A stretch of 64,000 nt of DNA, taken from Lepidodermella squamata. Its lineage: Eukaryota; Animalia; Gastrotricha. Both the position numbers and the translations under genes were made by a program. Shown in pieces: positions 25,601 to 36,620 of the stretch. The notes under the pieces are model-generated. The model saw only the letters and a list, made by a program, of their open reading frames with translations, ran no database searches and had not been told where the DNA came from. Position 1 is the stretch's first letter; each line of letters begins with the position of its first letter. The stretch lies in NCBI GenBank assembly GCA_047495785.1, contig JBLDXI010000020.1:2976001-3040000 (forward strand), in the 5' to 3' direction.

Positions 25601-27180
25601 TCAAGACGGCAAACCTGATGAGCAGATCGAACTTTTAATTAACAAACCAAAGCAATCTTAGGATAAACGACTCCTAAAAATCCAAGAAAGCACTGAGATA
25701 GGTTTTGATGCTCCATTGGCGTCGTTATTTTCAACTATCAGGGTATTAAATCCATTAAAGCCATCTTAGACACGAAACATGATGGCAAAAGATGATACAA
25801 GATCCAGAGAACACGAGATGAATAACAAATGACACCGACAATTAACAACAGGCGAATGGAAACAAAACCATTAATTCCCCCATAGCATGTGAAGCGCCAA
25901 AAAGCTGCGAGCGAGTACAAATTAAGCATAAGAACGTTGGCAAGAGAAGCTGTGAAATTACACACCTTACCTGGTGTGTAACACGTATCAAGTACAATCA
26001 GTGTGGGCGGCGATGGGTGTAGTAAGCTGGCTGAATGCTACTAACATTAACCCTACGCCACGCGAACATGCAAGTGGCGCCATCACGAAGCTAAGAAAGG
26101 TTAAAGAAACGGACGACGCACACGGCCAACAACAACAGGCAATCGTCCATTCATCACATCACACAGCATGATCACATGAATGTAAAAAACGGGCTATATC
26201 AGCCAATCGGCGGCGGAGGCGGCATAGATCAAAGGAATTTAGCAAAATATGTTAAAACATTTATAATTGTTTAAATAAAATTATCAAAATTTAAACAAAT
26301 AAGAAAGGTGAAAAACATTTGTGCCTTAATTCAAACGCGTTACCAACGACCCCCGAGATCTCAAACTCCAAAACGGAGCACACAGATGGAGCTCAATGAT
26401 CTATGATCTGCCTGCCCGAGGCGATTGTCGATTGACGATCCTATTTCCCAAATGTCTTTCTTCCTTCTGTCCAGGAATATATCTAAGCCCTCCAACGCCC
26501 CTGAATTCGCCAAGGTTGACATTTTAAACTCGCTTTTCGTATGACTTAACGGACTTGTCCATGCCAAAGCTTATCGAAGTGTGTTGGAGAGGCGATGATC
26601 AAGAGCTATGGACAAGGATATACCTGAAGCAGGCGCTTACCGGTGCAGAGTTGGCATTATGTGTTGCCACTGTTGCAAGGGTAAATTTGAGACGATTCGC
26701 TGACATGTCAACTAAGCTTTTGATTACTAGGTATCTATTGAGCTTAAGCAGTTGACCAGACTAGCAAAAAAAAATTTTTTCGAAGGCACCTTTATGCGAT
26801 CCAGGCCACTAAAAGCATACATGAAGTAAGCTTTCATCGAACATAAGCATAAAAGAAAGAAACGGGGAGATGAATGCAACGCTCAACGAAAACACATGTT
26901 TAAGCTTCCACGTCGAAGTGAAATGACAGTTTAAAATGTGTTTATCGTCTTGCGAATTGCTTGTTTTCGTACAGACACTTTCTGGGTTTTAAGACTATCC
27001 GCGGCCTTTATGCGAGCCTGGCTCGCTGGATCGCGACTTTTTGCTGGTCTGCAGTTGACCATTTACCAATACTCATCGAATGTGCCTTGTGTCTTTATAG
27101 TTTCTTCGTTATTTACTATTGTTGCGTTTAATTATTGCTGTCCCTAATTTGTCGCTCGAGCTACCTTCACTTGTGTTTAA

Positions 27181-28899
27181 ATGGCCTCCGAAGAAGCTGT
27201 CGAAACCAGCCGGCAGCTGATTCTTGATGGAAAATACGAGTATGTTTCAACCTGGTCAAATTTTCCACACCGATAGCTTTTTAACTATAGGGACCTGAAA
27301 ATATTTCTCGCCAAGCGGAGAATCACCGTAAATACAGACATGTATGGCGTCTTGCCAATTCAGTAGGTTCATTATATGCTGTAAATAAGATGCGATTTCG
27401 ATTGACTTTCAAGCTTGGCTGCTGGTGCTGGCAAAAACGCCGCAAAAACGACCCATCTATTATTAAAAATGGGATCAAACCCGAATGCAAAGTTTGTGAT
27501 GCGAGAATTGTGATACAGGCGTTTAATTTTAAGGTTGTTATTTTAGAACTAAAAACGGCAATCTAACACCCCTTCACATAAGTGTCTACCGAAAAAACTA
27601 TGAAGTGATACGTTTACTCATTTCATCTGGAGCGAATCCATTACTCCGCGATGAAGATAGCCGTGATAGCTTTGCGATCGCACGGAAGTTGAAAGACAAC
27701 TACTGCCTGCAATTACTCCGAAGCTTCGACGTCACTGATGAAATGACTGGTTAGTTTCTCCAAAACTATTTTGCAACGTCTCAATTGCCGTTTCTTTCTC
27801 AGAAATGTCCGACAATGATTTGGGAACAGATGATGACTGCCAATCACTTGTTGATCAGTTCGAAACAACGCTAGGAAATACAATCAACAAGCCAAAGAGA
27901 CGTGCTGAAGATGTTATCTCGATAGCATCGGACGATAGCTTTGTTACAGCAGTTGGAGTAGAAACGCGGCCAAAACTCGACCCTGTTGAACAGTTCATAG
28001 TCAAATATCCACTCGAGATGCAACTCGTCTACGCTAATCGTTTCACGACTCAAGAACTGCAGGCATTAGATGCTGAATTCTCGGCAGCTTTTCGAGCTTC
28101 TGCCGCCACATCGCCAACTACAGCAGCTGGGCAGCCGAAGCGAACTGTTTTAGGCATGAGATACCCATCTGGCCGTGTCTTCTTCAATTATTTCTTATTC
28201 GACCCTCGGCTGTTCCCTCAATTGAGGCCGCCTTTAATTGGATATGGTAAGCGGTTTTAATTAAAGTTTTCAGAACAGGTAACTGAGTGATTTTTCTAGA
28301 TGCTGAGCGAATTTCGTTGATTTCTTTCCTGCAAGCGTTGTTCTACGTTGGCAAAGGCGTGAAAAACAGGCCTTCTCAGCACTTGGCCGATGCGAAGGCT
28401 GTAGTGATGGGCAAAACAACGAACTCGCCAAAAACTGGACCTCTGGTAAATGTGCTTGGTTGAAATTTTTTGAAATTTTTAGTTTTTTCACAATTTTTAA
28501 ACTAATTATACGTTTTTTTCAATTCACAGGCGGCTAGCAAGGTTAAGCCCAGTGCGAAAATTGACAAAGTTCTCGCAGTTTGGGCGGCTGGACGCGGTGT
28601 CGTAGCGCTGCACGCCTTCAATAACCAAAGTGAAACAGAGGCGTTCACGCGCGAAGCCTGCGTCATCGACGCAATTAGCCTGCAAAACCTGACCAATTTG
28701 CGGCGCGGGGACATGAAAGGTACCTAGGCATAGCGCATTTTGTTCAATTCAACTCGAAAATTGTTTTGTGTGTTCAGGCCCTGTGTGTACGTCGTGGCCC
28801 GACTGGAAGCGGCGCAAATACGGCGCTTGGCTCGTCCTGCGCGCTTTCAGCATTTTACGCCTAGAATCACCGCCCGAATTGACGCCAAACGACTTCTAA
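27181..28899 (+). CDS. ANKLE1: Ankyrin + GIY-YIG structure-specific endonuclease (ANKLE1/LEM-3 family)
   Basis: N-terminal ankyrin exons (27181-27749). C-terminal FNYFLFDPR, ALFYVGKG..RP..HL, KI..VW..G.GVV.LH.F, EAFTREACVIDAISLQNLTNLRRG, W...RRKYG..L..A: the ANKLE1 nuclease signature. Confidence 0.85.
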
Positions 28900-30126
28900 T
28901 GAAGCGACAAACAACAACAGCAACGGCAGCAGCAGTAGCGCAATACCTACGTTTTCTACATTTGTTTTGTCTGACGTTGTTTGAAAAAAATCTCGTGCTT
29001 TTTTGTAATTGTTCTCAATTTTTTTACGTTTTATATTTCGACTTGACTCGCGGATTATTCTTGTTAATTATTAAAATATGACTGTTTTCTGCCGATTCGA
29101 CGAAATAAATAATGAATGGTAAGGGGCCAAAAATTGAGCGTTACCTGATTTTCTTTCATTCGAAAATTTGAATAAATAATTTAATGAACAGATAGAATGA
29201 CAATATCGTGAAAAAATGGATCCACAACTTTAATCGGGCCAAAGAGCAAACTTCCCATGGATTTTTCCGATGATCAGTTCCAGGAGAAAATGTGGTACTC
29301 TTTGTTCGGAGGCCGTCAGATTTCTTCCCGAATTTCCTCCTTGAAATAAAAAGAAAATAAGAATATTTTAGGGAAAATTTTTTTCAAATTTCGGAAGATA
29401 TTTTTGAATAATTTTGTGAAATCAAGATTGTGCCGTGTTTTAAAATTGTTGATAGGACCTAACGCCGATAATCCAGCAGAATATTACGGAAATATATTTG
29501 ATATTTTACGAATTAATTATGAAATTCCTGAAAATTTCGACAAGCCTTTGAATATTTATTCAACATTTGTTTTGGAGTAGTCACGGAGTTTTCACCTATC
29601 ATTTCTATTTAAAGGTGGATATTGGAACACCTCATAGGTCTGAAAATGTTAACAACCGGATTAGCTTCAAAAACGCTCCCTCACCCTCACCTTTTTATAG
29701 GTACAAATGTGTAAAAGTTCGAAAAGGACTAGACATTTTTCAATTTCCCATCATTATTTTTCAATATTTTTATTCTGTGCAGTTTTGAGTCTTTATTGAA
29801 AAATTTACAAATTGTCATTCAAAGCCAGTAAACAGCTGATAGAGCTGAAATAACAACGAATGTCATAGTCATTGTTTCGCCGTTTGTTGTACGCAGTTTG
29901 CGCCCGGAAGCGTGTGAGATAATCGAGGTGGCGTGGCGTGATGTTGGCTGGTGCGTTTCAAAGTCGTCCGCCTGCTTGTTGTTAGCATTATTACTCGTCG
30001 TCGCCGCCGCGTCCTGCTCCGGGAAGAGGCGCGTCACCGAGCGATGCAGCGCCACGACATTTTCAGCCGCCTATCATCATCAGGCAAAAGGTTAATCAGA
30101 AGTGGCGCGGCTGAGCTCACATATCA

Positions 30127-32742
30127 TCACAGTTTACTCATCGCGACAATGGTCGTCATGACAAAGAAATAAATAAATAATGAAGATACCTGTGATAACC
30201 TATGATTTTCTTATATGATTCATCTGTATTTTACCTTGGTGTCGTTGTGATGCAGACAGTCGTAGAGGCACATTTCAGACCATTTCGCAGCGGCCTGACA
30301 CGAATTTTCACAATTCGCAACAATTTCAGGTTCTTTTTCAAAGTCTTTTTGCAAAATTTCTAAAAAAATATCGAAAAATAAATCTTTGATTAGCAACTTG
30401 GTATAAAACATACCGAGTTCAGTATTGAGATCAAGGCTTTGTTGGTTACAACCCGATATAAGATAGCCAACTGAATGGTCTAGAATCGCATTTGGCGCAA
30501 TAATCATAACGTTGATATAATTTGGGCTATAATATGAAACAAGAAATTAATAATGAAAGAATATAAAATCGAAAAGAATTACTCTGTTCTTTGAAAAATC
30601 AACATTGCCGACGCTTGAAGGTCGTTGATTGTCAACATTTTCTCGTCTTTCCATGTGTCTTGAATATCGACTAAATGAAATACCGTAAAATAAGTGATGA
30701 GAATAAAAAGTTATATACCGTATTTCATCAAATAATAGCCATGGCTAATATTTTTTTCCGAACTCGAAAATGAGTTGATATGATCAGCCTTCAAAAGGCT
30801 TTCCAGGTTGAACTACCACCTAAATCTTTCAAGCAGTAGTGAATCCGCAGTCGGAAAAGCTATTCCCAGTCATTTAAGGACACATAATTTTCCAAGCTTC
30901 AACCTGTTTTTCCGCCGTATGGCTATTATTCGAGGCGGGCTATTATTAACCTTTGGACCCAATATTTAAGTGCCTTTTTGGGGCTATTCGATGGGGTTAT
31001 TATTAGAGGTAGGATACTATTCGAAGAAATACGGTATAGGCGCAATATACAGCGTGTCCCATAAGTTGCGCAACCATTTGGAATTTGGATTTTTTTTTAG
31101 GAATTTAAGCTAATTTTTTTTAAATTAAAAGCCTGCAGGAGCCTTTATTTACAATTAGAGGTTCCAGAGTAAAATTTTCCCAAAATTTGGATTTCAAATT
31201 TAATGCCCACCTAAAAAATCTCAATTTTTCAAGAAAGGAATAACCGAAAGAACTTTGTCCCATCCAAAAGATCCAAATTTTCGGAAGCTTCTTTTTCGCT
31301 CGATAATTCTGTATACAAAATTTCATAGACAGGAGCTTACCGTAATCTTCTGCAACGTGTTGATCCTTTGTATAGTGAAATTTGACATCGTTAAGGTGGA
31401 TGGCTACAACCAAGAAGGGCGCATTTGGCTCCTCCGGTCGATAGAAGCTCGCAAAGAACTGCTTAAATTTCGGTGATTCAGACTGCGGCGCCGTCAGCCC
31501 CGTTAAATCCAGATAATCATTCGATAGCAGCAATATATTGACCTCTTTAATGTCGCATAATAGAGGCTTCTCGCGATCTGAAACCAACAAATGCCGGGTC
31601 GTGATTGCTCCAATAATCGACCGTTTTTCAGAGGGGATCTTTTCAGTAACAATTAGGAAATAAAATAAATTTTCAGAATTTTAGCAAATTACTGGGACAA
31701 ATGATGCGTTGAGAACATTCGCTGGAATCGTTATACCAGGTGCGATGGCCAATTCGTAGTACGAGATGAGGAATGCAGTTACAACTTCATTCGGGCAATG
31801 GCTAAATCGATCCAACCCGGTTCTCAAGCAGCTTATCAGCGAAACAGCAGCTTTTTGCTTAGCCTGGTAGAAAAGTTCAAGTGTTTCACGCTGGCCACTC
31901 AGCAGCTTGCTCGTAATGCCCATTTCTTGATTTTCGCAAAATGATTGACGGCCATGAAGGGTGTCTTCTTTGATGCAGAACAACCCAGCCGTATCGTTGT
32001 GCCGCGGCTCGGGCGGCCTGAAAATCGCCGCGCCGTCCCAATCAACTCGAAGCGGCATTTGATTTATTGCCGATAGAAGCTTTTCTAAGTAAAAATTAAA
32101 AGAAAATGCGTCAAGGCGTGACAAATGTGTAAAATCTTAAAAATGTCCGAAATAAGGTCAACATTTTTTTCTTTTTTGAAAATTATTATTAAAATAAAAT
32201 AAAAATCAGGTCATTGATTTCCGAACTTATATCAAATTTTCATAAATCATTTGACCTCATTTAGGACATTAATTAACGGACTGTGCGAGCTAATAATTAA
32301 AAAAAATTGGAAAAGTAAACTGTTAAGGAAAATATCTGAAAAAACGTCGTTTTCAATTTTTCTCACCTGACATTTTTGAATCACAATTTTTCTGAAGTTG
32401 AGTTCTTCGCTTTATCGTTTCCAAATCAGCTGGCGGGCAGTTACACACCCTGTACGGCAGTTCGACGCATTGCGTTTCGGAAACTTGAATTTCGCGATGA
32501 TTACAGCTATTTTCTAAATATTTCGATACGCCAGTGGCCCAATCTCGCGGCGTAATTGTCGCCGATGCGCGCAGATCACCTTCAAACGCCCGCATGCCGG
32601 CTTTCAGCTTGCAATCACGCATGGTATGAACTAAAAAATCGCCATCCGAACAATCGACCTGGTTACAGGGAAATTTTTCCAGCGTAGAAACAACATTAAA
32701 ATTTACGACTATCGCCGTGAAGATTATAAAAATTTGCCTCAT
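30127..32742 (-). CDS. Orphan secreted/putative GPI-anchored Cys-containing protein (~502 aa)
   Basis: Six exons 32742-32367, 32084-31693, 31638-31341, 30670-30583, 30526-30235, 30189-30127 join in frame (1509 nt). N-terminal signal peptide MRQIFIIFTAIVVNFNVVST; C-terminal hydrophobic tail VSSLFIYFFVMTTIVAMSKL*. Confidence 0.7.
30718..31034. mobile_element. Tc2/pogo-like MITE in intron
   Basis: Imperfect TIRs CCGTATTTCATCAAATAATA / TACTATTCGAAGAAATACGG, TA on both sides; internal GGGCTATTATT repeats. Confidence 0.65.
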
Positions 32743-32941
32743 AATTTTAGAAAAAATTCAGAAATTTTAAAATGAAAATTTAGAAGTTTCTGCATGCTCT
32801 CAGTTGGCAAAATGTGAACCAGCTTGAAGGACGCGTGGAGCTTATTTTATTTGAATCGTCCCGGTTTTGGACCCATCACCTTGTTTTTAAATATAATTAT
32901 TATTACAATTGCATTGAGGGTCAGTTATAATGATTCCAGTT

Positions 32942-35028
32942 TCAGGTATTGACAGGCTTTTGATTTGCGAAAATGCTTGGAGCTGAAAGAAGCAGCGAGC
33001 AAGTCATTACAGCGGCTGATATGAAGAACATGTAGAGGCACAGGCGATCGATAACCGTGGCCGCGAATTGCCAGTCTGAAGCTTCGTCGCCACTGGCTTG
33101 ATCGTCGCGAAGTTTATTTGTGATCACCTTGAGCTCGCGCAATATTGCCGTTAATTCATTGCGGGCTTCGATGTACAGGAGCTAAAAAAAAAACAAAAAA
33201 TTGGAAAAAATCTCAGATAAAGAAGATGATCCTGAAATCTTGAAATTTCAATTTTCAAATTAAATTCAAATTAATGGGGAAAAAAATAAAAAAATCTTCG
33301 GATCTGGTTGGAGAATTTATTTTTAAAATTTGAAATTTTTTGAAATTTTTTAAAATTTTGAAATTGGTCGGAATTCAGCTTACCGAATATTGCTTATTCG
33401 ACTTTCTAAAATACGGCCGAGGTGATTCTTCATCCTCCTCCGGTTCGTCGTTAACTTTGTAATACGACTTGGGAACGCTGCTTTGAAAGGTTTTGACCAG
33501 GCCTCGAATGTCATCATCGATATCGAGAACATTAGCTAGCAAGCTTCTCGACGTTCGCTCATCGATTTTTTGAATAATCCGATCGCCAATCAAGCCTTTG
33601 CGCGACAAATCATGCCCAGGGCGTTCCATGCGCAAAAACCACGCCAACCACTGGCAAATGCCCTTTTTGACCCAGATAGGCATCTCGTGAGTTTCGGGGC
33701 GTCGGAACGAGAAATTCAGCACCCAAATGGTCAAAATAACAGTCAAAGAACACAGCACCATGGTAGCAGCGAAATAATATCCTAAAAATTAGGAATTAAG
33801 GCTACCTATAATCTCTTGACGTAAAAATACTTACCAATAATAGGAATTTCATCATTAGGCGGCAAAGTTTCTGCGACCAGTTGCAAAAATACGGTAAGTG
33901 ATAGCAAAATTGTGACACCTTGAAGATCGAAAAGTAAGTTTCAATCTTTTTTCTTGATTTTTTTCCTTACCTAACGAAATTTTTTCACCGCTCTCCACCG
34001 GAAGTGTGAAGGTAAGGAAAGCAATACTCGACCTAGGAAAAATTAACAGTTTTCGAAAAATTCCTCAATAAAAATTGATTTACAAAATGACTGAAGGGAC
34101 AATCAAGTTGAAAACGTAGTAGAGAGGCCGTCTGAGAATGATTATCGTGAAAATCAGCTCGATCCAGGGGATATCGCTGCCTTCGTAAAATTTGACATTT
34201 TTTCGAGCTGGCATTCCTATAATTAGGATTTATAATAAAAATTCATTTTTTAATCAATTTTTATACCTAATAAATCCCATTCTCCGTTTTTGATATAGGT
34301 ACTAGTGTCGCCACTGTCGCCCTGAAGGGACACGTTCAAACTGTTTCCGTCTGGAAAAATTCAGAAATTTCTCTAATTTTTTTCAAAATGAATTTCCTTT
34401 ACCATAAGTCCAACTTCCGAATTTGAGTTCACAGCGCTGTTCATCGAAAGGGAACCATTCGATTTTCATGTTGCACGTTGCCTTGAAAATGCCCGGCGGG
34501 ATCCACTTCACCTTGCCGTAGTTGTAAATTTGCGCGTTAATCGGATAAGCGGCGTCGAATTGTTCATCGGCTGAGTTGTACATCAACACATCGGGCCGCC
34601 AAATTTCAGCGATCGGTAAATTTATAACGGTAATATTGCCATATTTAGCCGGGTTCCAGCTGAGGCGATAATCAAACCATTCGATGTTCAACATAATGTT
34701 GGTATGAATCACTAAATGAACCAATAATAAAATGTGAATAAAATCTATAAAATTATTCCTACTTTGATATTTTTCATCCACGTCGAGAATTTGTTGGAGA
34801 GTCAAACTCATGTTGACAAGAAGAGCCTCTCGGTCATCGATAACCGGGCGTTCGAGGACTTGGTAATCGGTGAACAGGTGCTTCAATAATGCTCCCTCAT
34901 CTTTACCCTGTTCCGACTCTAAACATCAATTAAAAAACATGAACAATAAAAATTAAACGATTTTGATGCAAATTACCTTTGAGAAATCCACTCGCAAGAA
35001 TTAAAGTGACTGCTAATAAATAGCTCAT
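32942..35028 (-). CDS. Nicotinic acetylcholine receptor subunit A, alpha7/ACR-16-like, non-alpha
   Basis: Signal peptide, [12 protein letters not shown], Cys-loop [21 protein letters not shown], loop [11 protein letters not shown] (no vicinal CC), TM2 [25 protein letters not shown]4 [14 protein letters not shown]. Confidence 0.92.
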
Positions 35029-35121
35029 TCTAATTCCTATAAGAAATAGAATGAATTAATAAAGGATAACGAAGCCAGAGTTATGCCAATCTATACCTAA
35101 TTATAAATCTCATAATCATAA

Positions 35122-35166
35122 GCCTAAGCCTAACCCTAACCCTAACCCTAACCCTAATCCTAACTC
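35122..35166. repeat. Short interstitial telomere-like tract (CCCTAA)n
   Basis: GCCTAAGCCTAACCCTAACCCTAACCCTAACCCTAATCCTAA with degenerate flanks. Confidence 0.6.
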
Positions 35167-36126
35167 CAACTACAACTCTAGCTCGAATAGTTCTACAGGG
35201 TGTCTTATAAAATAGAGTAAATAAAAAAAATTAGGTACACGAAAATTGATCAAGTCTAAACCGAGACGATAATATAGGACCTTATGGTATGAGGGTATCT
35301 CAACTCCTTGGAAATGCTTGAAAATCAGAAAAAACAGGTAAAATACCGAAAATTACCAAACAATTCCTATTAGGTTTTTATTCGGGTTCCCATTCGGTGA
35401 AAACGTAATGGAGGGATGCAACATGTGTTTTTAGCTATAATTTAGTAGAAAACCCATTATTCAACTTTTGGGACACCCTCGATATCATTGGGAAAAAACG
35501 AATATCCGATAGCTAAAACAAATAATGTTCTCGGTTAATCTGTAATAGTTCCATAGCGTTCTGGCAGGTTCGTATCAGCTTCAAGATGAGACCCCTTATT
35601 AATTACCATTAGGAGTTTTATTACAGAGGCGCATTCGGAATGCTTTTGCGGTGTTTGCGCAAGTGATATTATCGCAACGCGACACGATAGCCGCGCAGTA
35701 GGCAAAACAAACTCGCATAAACATGCCTCTTGATTCCAGGCATCATACGTTCCACCCTCTTCAGGTGAACACGGCACAAAGCAGCACTTGTGATGCGCTT
35801 TCATGCGCTTGCAATGTCATGTTAAATGCTTTTTACCTATATCTCATCCTACATATATACCTGTTGTCATAGAAAACGACATGTGGACAGCAAATAAAAT
35901 GTAAGAGTCGTATTATATAGAGGAACACAACTTACTTTTTCCCTGGCATTCTATATAGCCCAGATGCTTTTGACAGCACTTGGCTCTATAATTCGAAATA
36001 ATAGGACTTGTGAGTGCTAAAGTCGAGTAGTTTCAGGTAGCCATTTAAATTGAAGGGAAGATTGAAGGGATAGTTAGAAAAATTAGTTTATTTAAATATT
36101 AAATATAGAAAAAAACAGGAATATTA

Positions 36127-36454
36127 CAGCGTGTCCCAAAATACCTGAAAAAGGGATCAGGTGAAGTCGAATCTCACGGCCAGAAAAATCTTGCGAAAAT
36201 TCAAAATACCATGAGAAAATACCATGAGAATTCCATGGGATCAAAAAAATCCGGAAAAATTTGGTTCAACTGGGTAAAATACCGAAAATTACCGAACCAG
36301 TTACTATCAGGGTTTCTCTCTATTTCTAACTCCTAGTGAATTCGTTGATAATGGATGGAATATTTCATCGGTTTAATTTCAAAATATTAGTTGCATTTTA
36401 TAAAAAAAAGTTGCAAAATTAAAAAAATGGTTTCGCATAAAATGGGACATGCTG
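36127..36454. mobile_element. Tc1/mariner-type MITE
   Basis: TA-CAGCGTGTCCCA ... TGGGACATGCTG-TA ends; related ends at ~31050 and ~35196-35480. Confidence 0.55.
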
Positions 36455-36620
36455 TAATATTTTTTCATTTTTTAGGTTGAACTATTACCATTTACCAATG
36501 AACCCTAAACCAGGTTTCACAAGCATTTTTATTGCTAATAAAATATCAACATTCAAATATTGCTAAAAATTGAAATAATAATTAAGCTGAAATAAAATAT
36601 TTGCGCATTTTTTCAATTTT

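Noticed and set aside
32353-32742. Stand-alone 129-aa secreted toxin/Ly6-like peptide
   Set aside because: A strong GTGAGA donor at 32366 splices in phase to the next exon, so it is exon 1 of a 502-aa gene; Cys spacing is not three-finger-like
35122-35166. (CCCTAA)n as a chromosome end or programmed break site
   Set aside because: Only ~6 degenerate units with genes on both sides; a similar fragment at ~58865 suggests a dispersed-repeat component
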